Assembly (NCBI GenBank): GCA_044344255.1
Contig: JBIJDH010000031.1
Location: forward strand, 1 to 61,966
Origin: Myxococcota bacterium
GTDB taxonomy: Bacteria; Myxococcota_A; UBA796; UBA2385
Length of the DNA: 61,966 nucleotides
Direction of reading: 5' to 3'
Shown: positions 41,070 through 51,331 of the stretch, piece by piece
Numbering within the stretch: position 1 is the stretch's first letter
Layout: each line of letters opens with the position of its first letter
Notes under the pieces: generated by a model
The model's input: the letters and a program-made list of their open reading frames with translations, nothing else
Databases searched by the model: none
What the model was told of the DNA's origin: nothing
Translations under genes and position numbers: made by a program

Positions 41070-41921
41070 TCAGAGCCAGATCCCCAGCCCCGCGGAGATC
41101 ACCTCCTCCTGGGGGTCGGGGCGGGAGAGGCCTTGGACGAAGGCGTCGGCGGTGTGGAAGAGGTCGGCCTGCACCCAGGTGCTGGTCGCCCGCCGCCCCT
41201 TGGCGAGGTCAAAGGAGAGCCCGAGGCCCGTCTGGAAGAAGCGGTAGCCGAGCGGATCGGTCCGCCCGACCTCGTCCTCCCCCTGGAGGTTCAGGCCGAG
41301 GCGGAGCGGGGCGTAGGCCGTGAGGGATCCGTGCTCGCCGCGGGCCAGGGTGTAGCCGGGCTTGGTCTGCAGCCCGGCGTAGGTCAGCCGCGTGTAGGGC
41401 GTGTAGGTGGGCGCGGCGATCAGCAGCTCAGACTTGAGGGAGAGCCGGGCGTCGAGCCAGGCGAGGCTGCTGCGGGTGTAGAGGCCGAGCTCGTGGGCGG
41501 TCGAGAAGGCCCGGCTGGGGCTGCTGAAGATGGTGTAGCGGAGCTCGCTCGAGAGCCCAGCTCCCCACTCGAGGCAGAGTGAAGGGGCGACGTCCACCTC
41601 GTAGATCCGCTCCGGGGGCTGGACGGCGTCGGTGGCCTCGCTGTGCACGCTCCCCCAGAAGCCAAGGTTGAACGCAGTAGAACGAAGAGCCCCGTCGCCC
41701 TTCTGCAGCCGAAGGCGGAGGTCAGCCCAGGGTTGCGCGATGAGGCCCTGGTCTTCGTAGACGACCCCCCGGAACACGAAGCGGGAGGCCCAGTCGACGC
41801 CGACGTCGGCGGAGACGGGGATGTCCTCCTCGGCCCGCGCGTCCCCGCCCGGGAGGGCGAGCCAAAGGAGGGGCAGGCCGGTGAAGCGCGCGCGGCGGCG
41901 CAGGAGGGTCGGGTCGGTCAT
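41070..41921 (-). CDS. Putative outer-membrane beta-barrel protein (TorF-like)
   Basis: SRFVFRG and QPWADL, alternating beta pattern, C-terminal GLGIWL. Start ATG 41921. Confidence 0.6.
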   Translation of the reverse strand: MTDPTLLRRRARFTGLPLLWLALPGGDARAEEDIPVSADVGVDWASRFVFRGVVYEDQGLIAQPWADLRLRLQKGDGALRSTAFNLGFWGSVHSEATDAVQPPERIYEVDVAPSLCLEWGAGLSSELRYTIFSSPSRAFSTAHELGLYTRSSLAWLDARLSLKSELLIAAPTYTPYTRLTYAGLQTKPGYTLARGEHGSLTAYAPLRLGLNLQGEDEVGRTDPLGYRFFQTGLGLSFDLAKGRRATSTWVQADLFHTADAFVQGLSRPDPQEEVISAGLGIWL

Positions 41922-42048
41922 CGGCTGGCCGTACCCGCGGTCGACCCGGGGCGTCAAGGTCCGAGCCGGTCGTCGGGCGGTCGTCGGCGCTCGGCGTGGC
42001 CAGCGGGCGACGGACGGGGCAAGATGGGCCGGCGCGGAGGGAGCCCCC

Positions 42049-43071
42049 ATGGCAGACGTTCGAGACACCCTGCTCCTCTTGAGCTGTGACGCGGGCCGCC
42101 CGATGGCGAATGAGGTGGCGAAGCGGCTCGATCGACGCCTGGTGCGCGCCGGAGAGCTCTGGTTCGCCTCCGGTGAGGGAAAGTTCGTCATCGAAGAGAA
42201 CGTGCGGGGGGCCGACCTCTACATCTTCCAGTCGATGATCGCCCCCGGCGATAAGCGCTCGATCTACGACCGCTTCGTGATGCTCCTCCACGCCGTCGAG
42301 GCCGCCTCCCTCTCGGACGCCTCCAGCGTCACGGTGGTGATGGCCTATTACCCCGGCGCGCGGCAAGACAAGCGAAAGGGCAGGGTCCGAGAGGGGATAT
42401 CGGCGGGGCTCTTCGCGCGGATGCTCCAGGAGGCGGGGGCCAACCGTGTCGTCTCGGTGGAGATCCACAACGAGGCGATCGCCGGCATGTTTGACCCGGG
42501 CACCTGTCGCCTGGAGAACGTCTACCTGAGCCACCGCATGGCCCAGTGGCTCAAGCAGAAGAAGCTCTGCGGGTCGATGGTCGCCTCCCCCGATGTGGGC
42601 GGCATGGAGCGGGCCCGACGATACGCCGCCGAGCTCGACGCGGGCCTCGTGGCCCTCTCGAAGGAGCGCGACTACGCCACCGCCAACAAGGTGGTCCGCT
42701 CCACGCTGATCGGCGACGTCCAGGGCAAGGACGTGCTGCTGGTCGATGACATCATCGACACCGGCGGCTCCGTGGTGGCCGCCGTGGACGAGCTCAAGGG
42801 CCATGGCGCCACCGACATCACCGTCGCCTGCGCGCATCCGGTCTTCTCCGATCCGGCCTGGGAGCGCCTCGGCGGCCTGGCGGAGCGCGCCAGCCGAGAG
42901 GGCTGGAGCTTCCGGGTGGTGGGCTCGAGCTCGATCCGCCACGTTGGGGCGCCGTCCTGGTACCACACCTTCGCGATCGAGCCCTTGATCGCCGAGATCA
43001 TCCGCTACATCCACGTGGGCGGCAGCATCACGCGCGCCCAACAGTCCGACGAGCCGCTGGGCGGGCCCTGA
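42049..43071 (+). CDS. prs: Ribose-phosphate pyrophosphokinase
   Basis: FASGE, ENVRG, ARQDK, SPDVGG, KER, LVDDIIDTGGS. Confidence 0.93.
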   Translation: MADVRDTLLLLSCDAGRPMANEVAKRLDRRLVRAGELWFASGEGKFVIEENVRGADLYIFQSMIAPGDKRSIYDRFVMLLHAVEAASLSDASSVTVVMAYYPGARQDKRKGRVREGISAGLFARMLQEAGANRVVSVEIHNEAIAGMFDPGTCRLENVYLSHRMAQWLKQKKLCGSMVASPDVGGMERARRYAAELDAGLVALSKERDYATANKVVRSTLIGDVQGKDVLLVDDIIDTGGSVVAAVDELKGHGATDITVACAHPVFSDPAWERLGGLAERASREGWSFRVVGSSSIRHVGAPSWYHTFAIEPLIAEIIRYIHVGGSITRAQQSDEPLGGP

Positions 43072-43151
43072 GCCTGCACGCGGCGGCCGACGGCTCTGTC
43101 CCTCGCGGCTTGGCGCTTGCCGGAGGTGGGGCCGGGGCGGTACGATGCGGC

Positions 43152-44420
43152 ATGCACGCCGCGCCCGCCCTCCGCTCCCTCGGCCTCCTGTCCATGCTCC
43201 TCTTGCTCGCGGGGCCGGGCTGTAATTTCGGGCTCGCCTCGTTCAAGGTGGGCGGCGGTGACACCGGTCGGCCCAACGGCGGAGACGGCGGAGACGGCGG
43301 AGACGGGGCCGACGGCGGCGCAGACAGCGCGGCCGAGGGTGACGCGGACGCCGACGGAGACTCCGACAGCGACGCCGACGGGGACAGCGACGCGGACAGC
43401 GACAGTGACGCCGACGCCGACGTCATCACCCTCGACGCCGTCACCCCGAACTACGACTCCACCCTCGGTGGCGCTGAGGTCGTGATCACGGGCGGCCCCT
43501 TCGACAGCTCGGCGAAGGTCTACTTCGGCGGCGTCGAGGGCTCGGTGGTCGAGGCCCTGGCGGGGCGCATCACCGCCGAGGTGCCGCCCAACACCGAGGG
43601 CATCGCCTCCGTCCGGGTCAAGACCAACACCGGCGATGGCTCCCTCCCAGACGCCTTCACGTATTGGCAGGACGGCACCGGCAAGGCAGGCGCCCTCGGG
43701 GAATTCGTCTGGATGCAGTCGGTGGGCAGCTACTGGTCCTCCTTCGAAGAGGGCTACGCCTTCTTCCTCTTCGTGGAGCCCCAGGACGTGTCCTGGTGGG
43801 AGGTCTGGTACACCAATTCGCTCGACTCCTGCGAGGCCGAGGGCTTCTCCCCCACCGCCCTCGGCTCCACCTACTACTACGATCCGGGCGTCTCCTCGGC
43901 GCGGGTGAGCCCGAGCTCCGGGAGCAACATCAACCTCACCTGGGACGGCTCCGCCCTCTACGACGCGGGGACGCTGTCCTCGTCCTTCTCCTCGGGCGCC
44001 TACACGCTGAAGGCGATGACCGGGGGAGACTTCCCGGCGGAGGACGTCCCCAATTTCTTTCAGTCGGCCGCCGCATCCACCCTGTCGAGCCCCTCGATGG
44101 CGGGCAGCTCCCCGCCGCTGGTCTCGAAGAACCACACCTTTACCTGGAATTCGGCCTCGATCACGGCGGACTGGATCACCATCGTGATGCAGCTCCTCAA
44201 CTCGGGCGCCACCGCCGCCGATCAGACTGTGACCTGCATCGCCCGCAACGATGGCAGCTTCAACATCGACGGCACCAAGTGGACGACCTGGCCCACCAAC
44301 CGTCAGGTCAACATCTACTTTGGCCCCACCCGAGAGGCCTCCGGCGTCCTCCCCTGGAACAACAGCGAGGCCCGCATCGCCGGGACCTGGTTCATGGTCG
44401 GGGCCGGGTTCAGCAAGTGA
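43152..44420 (+). CDS. Lipoprotein with an Asp-rich (DA/DS) linker and an IPT/TIG domain
   Basis: Lipobox GPGC; DADADGDSDSD linker; VTP..GGAEVVITG..VYFGG..AFTY. Confidence 0.82.
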   Translation: MHAAPALRSLGLLSMLLLLAGPGCNFGLASFKVGGGDTGRPNGGDGGDGGDGADGGADSAAEGDADADGDSDSDADGDSDADSDSDADADVITLDAVTPNYDSTLGGAEVVITGGPFDSSAKVYFGGVEGSVVEALAGRITAEVPPNTEGIASVRVKTNTGDGSLPDAFTYWQDGTGKAGALGEFVWMQSVGSYWSSFEEGYAFFLFVEPQDVSWWEVWYTNSLDSCEAEGFSPTALGSTYYYDPGVSSARVSPSSGSNINLTWDGSALYDAGTLSSSFSSGAYTLKAMTGGDFPAEDVPNFFQSAAASTLSSPSMAGSSPPLVSKNHTFTWNSASITADWITIVMQLLNSGATAADQTVTCIARNDGSFNIDGTKWTTWPTNRQVNIYFGPTREASGVLPWNNSEARIAGTWFMVGAGFSK

Positions 44421-44442
44421 CCGGGCGGGCGAGGCGGCGCCC

Positions 44443-45204
44443 TTGAGCGCCGAGGGGCGGCGAAGCGGCCGAGTGCCGGTGCTGGGCGTAGCGGTGGACC
44501 CCATCCGACGGGCCGCGCTCCCGGATGAGATCGACCGGCTCATCCACGTCGGTCGGCCGGCCACGGTGGCCTACGCCAACGTTCACGTGCTCAACTCGGC
44601 CGCGGGAGACCCCACCCTCCGCGCCTTCTTGAACGCCGCAGACCTCTGCTATTGCGATGGCAACGGCGTCCGCTGGGGGGCCCGCCTCCTCGGTCAGGAG
44701 CTCCCTGAGCGCATGACCGGGGCCGACTGGATCTGGGAGCTGGCGGCGCGCGCCGTCGCCGAGGGCTGGCGTATCTGGTGGATCGGCGGCCGTCCGGGCG
44801 TGACCGACGCCGCCGCCGAGCGCCTGCGACAGACCTTCCCCGGCCTGTTGATCGGCGCCGACCACGGCTACCACGCCCGCAGCGGGCCCGAAGACGAGGC
44901 CTGCCTCGCCCGCATCGCCGACTTCCGCCCCGATATTGTGCTCGTGGGCATGGGCACGCCCGAGCAAGAGCGCTGGGTGGAGGCGCGCCGCGCCCGCATC
45001 TCCGCCCCCGTGGTGTGGTGCGTCGGCGCCACGGCTGACTTCGTCTCGGGGCAGGTCCGCCGCCCTGGCCCCGCCTGGCTGGTCGACAACCACGAGTGGC
45101 TGTCCCGCCTCCTCGCCGACCCCGCGCGCCTCTGGCGCCGCTTCCTGGTCGGCAACCCGTTGTTCTTCGCGCGGGTCGCGGGCGAGCGGCTCCGGCGAAG
45201 GTGA
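44443..45204 (+). CDS. WecB/TagA/CpsF family glycosyltransferase
   Basis: ANVH, CDGNGV, RMTGAD, HGY, VGMGTPEQE, VGATADF, EWLSRL..P.RLWRR. Start at 44443 or 44473. Confidence 0.93.
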   Translation: MSAEGRRSGRVPVLGVAVDPIRRAALPDEIDRLIHVGRPATVAYANVHVLNSAAGDPTLRAFLNAADLCYCDGNGVRWGARLLGQELPERMTGADWIWELAARAVAEGWRIWWIGGRPGVTDAAAERLRQTFPGLLIGADHGYHARSGPEDEACLARIADFRPDIVLVGMGTPEQERWVEARRARISAPVVWCVGATADFVSGQVRRPGPAWLVDNHEWLSRLLADPARLWRRFLVGNPLFFARVAGERLRRR

Positions 45205-45243
45205 CACGCCCTGGAGGGAGATTACTGGGTCTCAGGAGGTCCC

Positions 45244-45900
45244 TTGAACGCCCTGATCGAGCTGGTCCTTAGCGCGGGTGCCCCTGGCTACCTCCTTGTC
45301 CTCCTGGGCGTGATCGCTGCCCTCGCCGCCTTCGGCGGCTGCCTGCACCTGGCGCTCGATCGGGGCGCGATGGTCGCCCGGATCTGGCTGGGGGTGCTGC
45401 TGATCCTGGTCGTCGGCATCCTCTTGACCTCGGTGGGGGGCTGGGCCCTCGGCATGTCGGCCATGAACGCGGTGCTTGGGCAGGTCGATCCCGAGGTGCG
45501 AGAGACCATTCGAATCGCCGGCAGCGCCGAGGCGCAGAGCTGCTTCGTGCTCGGCTTCGCGGCGGCCTGGCTCCCAACTTTCGCCGCGGGGGCCGCGCTC
45601 GGCCGGGCGCAGCTCTTGGGGCGCGGGCCCTCTACCGCGGCGGGCGCCCTCTTCGGCCTCGGCCTCGGCCTCCTGCTCTTTGGACTGGGTGGGTGGGAGC
45701 TCAGTCGGATCCAGGGGCAACAGGCGCTCGTCCGCGCCGATCCCGCCCAGCGCGCGACGATCGTGTCGGCCATGGAGCACCAAGCCAACCGGCGGCTGCT
45801 CCTCGGGGGCGTCGCGGGCGGGGTCGTCCTGACTGCGGGCCTCGCCCTCCTCCTCCTGGGCGCGCCTCGGGTCGCGGACGAGGGCCTCAGGCGAGGGTGA
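45244..45900 (+). CDS. Hypothetical multi-pass membrane protein with an internal duplication
   Basis: About five TMs; VDPEVRETI and ADPAQRATI repeat elements. Confidence 0.65.
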   Translation: MNALIELVLSAGAPGYLLVLLGVIAALAAFGGCLHLALDRGAMVARIWLGVLLILVVGILLTSVGGWALGMSAMNAVLGQVDPEVRETIRIAGSAEAQSCFVLGFAAAWLPTFAAGAALGRAQLLGRGPSTAAGALFGLGLGLLLFGLGGWELSRIQGQQALVRADPAQRATIVSAMEHQANRRLLLGGVAGGVVLTAGLALLLLGAPRVADEGLRRG

Positions 45901-47398
45901 CGCGGCCCGCGGGGATCTCCGTGGTCTCGGCGCCCTCTCGCTCGCCGAGGAAGCGCAGCAGGCGGCTCGCCGATCGGGCCTTGTGCGCCACGTCGGAGAG
46001 GGAGTGGACGCGCCGGGCGTGGTTCCAGATCCCGCGCGGGGAGAGGTACTGCACCGCGTAGGCCGCCTTGAGGGCGAGGCGGAGCTCGGTGCGCGAGAGG
46101 TTCGGCAAGTTGATGATCACCTCCCGCTGGTTGTCGGCGGGCCGGAAGTCACCGTCTACGAACCAACCGTTCGCCATCGCGTCATCGTACATCTGCGTGC
46201 TCGGCGAGGGCAGCGCGACGCTGAAGTGGACGAAGCGGGTGCCGAGGCGGCGGCTGGCCTTCCAGGAGTTGATGAGGGTCTTCCAGCTCTCTTTCGGGCT
46301 GGCGCCGATGAGGACGCTCACCTCGGGCTCGAGGCCGTTCTCTCGACAGACCCGCACCGCCTTCTCGATGTCGCGGACCTTGATCTCCTTCACCATGTCG
46401 TCGAGCAGCCCGTCATCGAAGCTCTCGGAGCCCATGTAGACGAGCTTACAGCCGGCGCGCACCATCGCCTGGATCACGTCGGGATCGTGCAGCATGTTGG
46501 CCCGGGCGAGGCAGATCCACTGGAGGCCGAGGTGGGCGATGCCGTCGCAGATGTCGATGGTGCGCTGGCGACCCCAGGTGAAGATGTTGTCGGCGATCTC
46601 GACACCTTGGATTCCGCGGGCGGCGATGTCGTGGAACTCGGCGATGATCTGCTCCACGGTGCGCTTTCGCAGCGGGGCGCGCTTGGTGTACTCCCCTTGG
46701 AGCTTCTTGAATTCGAGATCGACGGCCTGATCGATCGCGTTGGTCGTACAGAAGGTGCACCGGAAGCCGCAGCCGCGGCTGACCGCCATCACGGTGACGC
46801 GGGCCACCTCGAAGCGGTTGGCGTTGTACGCCCCGAGCAGGAGCCCGCGGTCGGGCATCGGGAGGGCGCTCACGTCGAGCAGATCGCGGAAGGGCCCGCG
46901 CACGAAGCGGCCGTCCGGCCGGAAGCTGCCAAGACCGGGGGTGTCGTCGCGGAGCTCGCCGCGCTTCCAGCCGGCGTCGAGGTCGCGGAGCGTGTGCTCG
47001 GGCTCGCCGAGGAGGCACCAGCTCTGGCCGACCTTGAATTCTTCGGGCTTCCAGGTGGGGCCGGTGCCCATGAAGACGAAGCGGGTGGCGGGCCGCAGGG
47101 TGTGGACACGCCGCGCCGCGGCCACGTCCCCTTGGGAGGAGAGGTAGGTGGACCAGAGCAGGACGATGTCCCAGCCCCCGGCCTCGATCTCCGCCAGGAA
47201 GGCGGCCTCGCCGATGCCCTCGGCCGGACAGTCCATCAGCCGCACGGTCCACCCGAGCACGTCGCGGGCGTAGGTGGCCACCGCGAGGAAGTGGATGGGC
47301 GGCTTCAAGTCAAAGCCGTAGTTGCAGCCGTACACCCGATCCACGGGGAGCGGGCGGGTGTTGAAGGTGGCGGGCGGGATGAGGAAGAGGGCGTTCAT
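45887..47398 (-). CDS. B12-binding radical SAM protein
   Basis: SRGCGFRCTFC (CxxxCxxC); N-terminal cobalamin-binding-like domain; MGSES; PSPST. Confidence 0.9.
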   Translation of the reverse strand: MNALFLIPPATFNTRPLPVDRVYGCNYGFDLKPPIHFLAVATYARDVLGWTVRLMDCPAEGIGEAAFLAEIEAGGWDIVLLWSTYLSSQGDVAAARRVHTLRPATRFVFMGTGPTWKPEEFKVGQSWCLLGEPEHTLRDLDAGWKRGELRDDTPGLGSFRPDGRFVRGPFRDLLDVSALPMPDRGLLLGAYNANRFEVARVTVMAVSRGCGFRCTFCTTNAIDQAVDLEFKKLQGEYTKRAPLRKRTVEQIIAEFHDIAARGIQGVEIADNIFTWGRQRTIDICDGIAHLGLQWICLARANMLHDPDVIQAMVRAGCKLVYMGSESFDDGLLDDMVKEIKVRDIEKAVRVCRENGLEPEVSVLIGASPKESWKTLINSWKASRRLGTRFVHFSVALPSPSTQMYDDAMANGWFVDGDFRPADNQREVIINLPNLSRTELRLALKAAYAVQYLSPRGIWNHARRVHSLSDVAHKARSASRLLRFLGEREGAETTEIPAGRVTLA

Positions 47399-48621
47399 GG
47401 CCCCACCCTACCCTGGCCCGGGCGGGCGGCGAGGGCGCGGTAGTGTTCGAGGATGGCGCGCTGGTGGGCCTCCGGAGAGAGGCGCTCTCGGACCCTCCGC
47501 GCCGCCGCTTCGCCGAGCCTGCGGGCCGCCGCGGCGTCGGCGAGGAGGGGCCGCAGCGCGTCGGCGAGGGCGACGGGATCCCCGGGGGGCACGAGGAGGC
47601 CGTCGACGCCGTGATCGATCTGCTCGGGGAGGCCCCCGATGGCCGAGGCCACCACCGCCCGCCCCGCGGCCTGGCCCTCGAGCGCGGCGTACGGGAAGTT
47701 CTCGTACCAGCGAGAGGGCACCACGACCACGCGCGCGACGCGGAGCGCCTCGGACAGGGTCTGCGCGGGCAGGTGGCCGACGAAGCGGACCTGGGGAAGG
47801 TCGGCCGCGAGGGCGCGGAGGCGCGCGGCGTCCGGCCCCTCCCCGCAGATGGTCAGCCGCTCCCCGGGGAGCCGGCGTACGGCGGCGATCAGCACGTCGA
47901 CGCCCTTCTCGACGCTCAGGCGGCCCGCGTAGACGACGCCCTCCCCCGCTTCGTCGGAGGCCGGCGCGGGATCGACGAAGTTCGGCTGATGAACAACCCG
48001 ATCGGCGGGGAGCCCGAATTCGATCAGGCGGTCGGCGAGGAAGCGGGAGGGGCACAAGAAGCGGTCGACCCGCGACGGGACGCCGAGCCGGTGGTGGATC
48101 CACTTCTCCACCGCCACCCCGAGGCTCTGGATCACGCTGCCGCGCTTGCAGCGGTGGCGGACCGCCTCGCTGTACCGGTGCCCCTTACACCGCTGACAGG
48201 GCCCGTCGGGGGCGAGCAGCAGGCCCTGCGGGCAGATGAGCTCGTAGTCGTGGACGGTCCAGCAGGTGGGGACACGGGCGCGCTGCAGGGGGCCCAGCAC
48301 CGAGGGGCTCAGGTGGCGATGGACGTGCTGGAGGTGGGCGATGTCCGGGCGCTCCTCCTCGATCAGGCGGGCGACCGCCTGTGCGGCCTCGCGCGACCAG
48401 ATCGCCCGCGGCGCCGCCCGGAGCGCGCCGGGGCCGCGGGCCTCGGGGTCGACCCAGCCGGGCCACCGCTGCTCCCAGGGGGAGGGGTCGTTGTCGGGGT
48501 GCCGCATGCAGAGGGGAATGACGGTGTGGCCCGCGCGCTCGAGCAGGCAGGTCAACCCGCGGGTGTAGGTGCTGTCCCCGCCCCGGGCGTGGTGGAAGGT
48601 GTGGACCATCAGGATCTTCAT
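47395..48621 (-). CDS. GT4 family glycosyltransferase
   Basis: TVHDYELICP, AGRLSVEKG, PSRWYENFPYAALE. Start ATG 48621. Confidence 0.93.
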   Translation of the reverse strand: MKILMVHTFHHARGGDSTYTRGLTCLLERAGHTVIPLCMRHPDNDPSPWEQRWPGWVDPEARGPGALRAAPRAIWSREAAQAVARLIEEERPDIAHLQHVHRHLSPSVLGPLQRARVPTCWTVHDYELICPQGLLLAPDGPCQRCKGHRYSEAVRHRCKRGSVIQSLGVAVEKWIHHRLGVPSRVDRFLCPSRFLADRLIEFGLPADRVVHQPNFVDPAPASDEAGEGVVYAGRLSVEKGVDVLIAAVRRLPGERLTICGEGPDAARLRALAADLPQVRFVGHLPAQTLSEALRVARVVVVPSRWYENFPYAALEGQAAGRAVVASAIGGLPEQIDHGVDGLLVPPGDPVALADALRPLLADAAAARRLGEAAARRVRERLSPEAHQRAILEHYRALAARPGQGRVGP

Positions 48622-49865
48622 CGTTGCCCCTCCTCTTCCCGGTGCGCGGCCGCCCAGGCGGCCATCAGGGGGACCCAGTGGGTCGGTGAGAAGAGCTCCG
48701 TCGAGAAGAGCAGGTTGGTGTGGAGGGCCCCAAAGGCCCCGAGCGCCGCCCAGGCCTCGCTCCGGTAGGGGTGCTGGCCGGTGGTGGCGGCCCCGGTGCG
48801 CCACCGCCGTCGCATCGCCAGGCCCGCGCCGCCGACGAAGAGGCCGTAGCCCACGAGGCCGAGCAGGCCCGTCTCGCTCGCGACCTTGGCGAAGACGCCG
48901 TGGGCGTCGACCCCGTTGACCCGGTAGTGCGGGAAGGTGGACTCCTCCCAGCGTACGTTCATGCCCGTCCCGCTGCCGATGAGGGGGTGGGCCTCCCACA
49001 TGTGCTGCGCGCGCTCGTTCAAGGAGTGCCGCGAGCGGGCGGCGTCGAGCATCGTGCGCGAGCCGAGGATCACCGGCGCATAATACGCGAGCGCCAGCGC
49101 GAGGGCGGCGCCGGGGAGCAGCGCCCGCCAGCGGGTGGCGATCGGCCGATGACCGGGGAAGAACCAGGCGAGGCCGAGGGCGAGCGTGATCCAGGCGGTC
49201 TTGGAGGCGCTGAGCAGGACGGCGAGGACGAGCAAGCCGGAGAGCCCGCGGGCGAGGAGATCGGGCGCCCCCTCCCCGCCCGGCCGTCGCGCGCCCACCG
49301 GGCGCAGGGCGGCGCCGAAGAGCAGCGGGGCCGCTCCCGCGAGGGCCACCGCGAGTGTCTTGTGGTTGGGGGTGATGCCGCTCAGGGCCTGGAACCAGAG
49401 CGTGTCCCCTGCGGCGATGCGCCCGAGGCTCGATCCCACCGAGACCAGGGCGGTGAGCGCGAGGCCGATCTGCAGTGCGCGCCGGGCGAAGGCCGGAGAG
49501 GCCGCCCGCTGCAGGGCCCAGCCGAGGCCGAAGCCATAAGCGACGTAGACGAAGAGCGGCTTGCGGATGAGGTGGTGTAGGGCCTCGTCGGGGTAGGCAG
49601 CGGCGCTGAGGCTGAGCGCGCAGGCCACCAGGAAGAGGAGCTGCCCCGGCCAGCCCGGCAAGTCCGGCCACCGAGGGGCGCCGCTCGCGGGCCGCACCCA
49701 GAGGCCGAGCAGGGCGAGCGGGAGGAGCAGGAGCGTGGCCACGTCGGCGGCCGGCGCGTTGGCCTCCCAGCCGAACAGGCCGACCTTCAGCTCCAGATCG
49801 ATGAAGGCGAAGGTGCCGAAGATCACGAGCAGCGGCAGCGCGGCGAGCCATCGGAGGGACTTCAC
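48618..49865 (-). CDS. O-antigen ligase / Wzy-like membrane protein
   Basis: About ten TMs; SASKTAW, HPLIGSGTG, AHGVFAKVASETGLLG. Start GTG 49865. Confidence 0.85.
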   Translation of the reverse strand: MKSLRWLAALPLLVIFGTFAFIDLELKVGLFGWEANAPAADVATLLLLPLALLGLWVRPASGAPRWPDLPGWPGQLLFLVACALSLSAAAYPDEALHHLIRKPLFVYVAYGFGLGWALQRAASPAFARRALQIGLALTALVSVGSSLGRIAAGDTLWFQALSGITPNHKTLAVALAGAAPLLFGAALRPVGARRPGGEGAPDLLARGLSGLLVLAVLLSASKTAWITLALGLAWFFPGHRPIATRWRALLPGAALALALAYYAPVILGSRTMLDAARSRHSLNERAQHMWEAHPLIGSGTGMNVRWEESTFPHYRVNGVDAHGVFAKVASETGLLGLVGYGLFVGGAGLAMRRRWRTGAATTGQHPYRSEAWAALGAFGALHTNLLFSTELFSPTHWVPLMAAWAAAHREEEGQR

Positions 49866-51331
49866 GGGCTCGCTCCGGGTCGCGGCGCGCGGGCCGCGAC
49901 GGCGAGGAGGGCCAGGCAAGGCAGGGCCGCGCCCCAGAGCCAGGGATCGAAGAGGTGGGTGGGCGGCCCATGGGCGAGCTCGACCCCGGCGGCCACCAGC
50001 GCCGCCGCCAGCGCCCCGCCGAGGGCGCGCAGCCAGGGGCGGAGGGGGAAGCGCTGCCCAAGCCCGAGCCGCCAAAGGTAAAGGCCGGAGATGACGACGG
50101 TGACGAGGGTCGTCGAGAGGGCGAGGCCGTCGATGCCCATCCGCCGCATCAGCACGAGGTTGAGGCTGACGTTGAGGAGGACGCTCAAGAGGCCGAGCCC
50201 CAAGACGAGGCGGAGGTTGCGCTCCACGACGTGGGCGCGCACCGCGAGGATGCCGAGCAGGTTCGGGAGCACCCCCGGGAGGAACCAGCCGAGGACGCGG
50301 GCGGTGTCGGCGGTGTCCTCCACCGTGAAGGCGCCGCGCTCGTAGAGGAGCTGGATGAGCACGACCCGCCCGATGAACATGCCGGCCAGCACGGGCGCGG
50401 CGAGGGAGAGGGTCCAGCGTAAGGCCTGATCGACGGCGAGGCGGGCCTCGGCCGCGCGCCCGGCCGCCCGCAAGGTCGACCAACTGGCGTAGGAGACCAT
50501 CAGGAGCGTGCTCTCGAGCAAGGTCTGGGGGATGACCCGCGCGCGGTCGGCGTACTCCATCGTCGCCACCGAGCCGCTCTCGAGCTGGGCGGCGAAGGCC
50601 TTGTCGATGACGAGGTTCATGGCCACCAGCACCTCACCGCCGAGGATGGGGGCGAGGTCCCGGCCCACCTGTCGAATGGCGGGGTCGAGCGTAAAGCCGA
50701 GCCGCAGGCGCAGCCCCCGCCGACGGAGCTGCAGGCCCCACCAGCCCATCTGAACGAGCTCCCCGGTGACGAGCCCCCACGGCAACGCGTGCGGCCCGAT
50801 CAGGCCCTGGAGGGCGAGCGTGGCGCCGATCACCGCGCTGGCCCGCAGGAGCGGGGTGACCGCGACGCCGATGAAGCCGCCGTCGAGCTCGTTGCCGACC
50901 CGCAGCACCGAGCTCGCGCTCGTGAGCACCATGAAGGGCAGGAGCTCCCAGAGGTAGAGCGCGGCGAGGGCCCGCGTGGGCGGGTCGAAGCCGGTGACGT
51001 GGCGGAGCGCGAGGGGCGCCGCGAGGCAGATGAGGAGGCCCAGGGCCAGCGCGCCGGTCGCGGTCCAGCAGAAGATGCCGCCCACGAAGCTCGGGAGCCG
51101 CGCGGGGTCCTCCGCCTTCACCCGCGCCATCGCCGGCGCGGTGGCGGTGCCGAGCGAGGTGCTGGCCAGCACCAGCGCGAAGGTGGGGAAGGCCAGGGCC
51201 CAGTACCATGCGTCGGTGATCGGCCCCACGCCGTACCACATGGCCACCACGAGGGGCACGACGAAGGCCGCCCCCCGGCTCGCCAGCGCGATCGGGATGA
51301 GGAGCAGCGAGGTTCGGCCGACGGAGGCTAT
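49862..51331 (-). CDS. MurJ/MviN-type lipid-linked glycan flippase (probable ATA start)
   Basis: ASRG..YGVGPITDAWYWA, DKAFAAQL..GSVATMEYADR, LYERGAFT, GIDGLALST. Homology extends upstream of GTG 51259. Confidence 0.85.
   Translation of the reverse strand: MASVGRTSLLLIPIALASRGAAFVVPLVVAMWYGVGPITDAWYWALAFPTFALVLASTSLGTATAPAMARVKAEDPARLPSFVGGIFCWTATGALALGLLICLAAPLALRHVTGFDPPTRALAALYLWELLPFMVLTSASSVLRVGNELDGGFIGVAVTPLLRASAVIGATLALQGLIGPHALPWGLVTGELVQMGWWGLQLRRRGLRLRLGFTLDPAIRQVGRDLAPILGGEVLVAMNLVIDKAFAAQLESGSVATMEYADRARVIPQTLLESTLLMVSYASWSTLRAAGRAAEARLAVDQALRWTLSLAAPVLAGMFIGRVVLIQLLYERGAFTVEDTADTARVLGWFLPGVLPNLLGILAVRAHVVERNLRLVLGLGLLSVLLNVSLNLVLMRRMGIDGLALSTTLVTVVISGLYLWRLGLGQRFPLRPWLRALGGALAAALVAAGVELAHGPPTHLFDPWLWGAALPCLALLAVAARAPRPGASP

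Noticed and set aside
43277..43425. GAC-rich repeats as a separate element
   Set aside because: They encode the ordinary Asp/Gly/Ser linker seen in several lipoproteins here.
47395..50483. 888-aa and 621-aa ORFs suggesting fused glycan enzymes
   Set aside because: The upstream parts are off-frame; the real starts at 48621 and 49865 give clean 4-bp overlaps.
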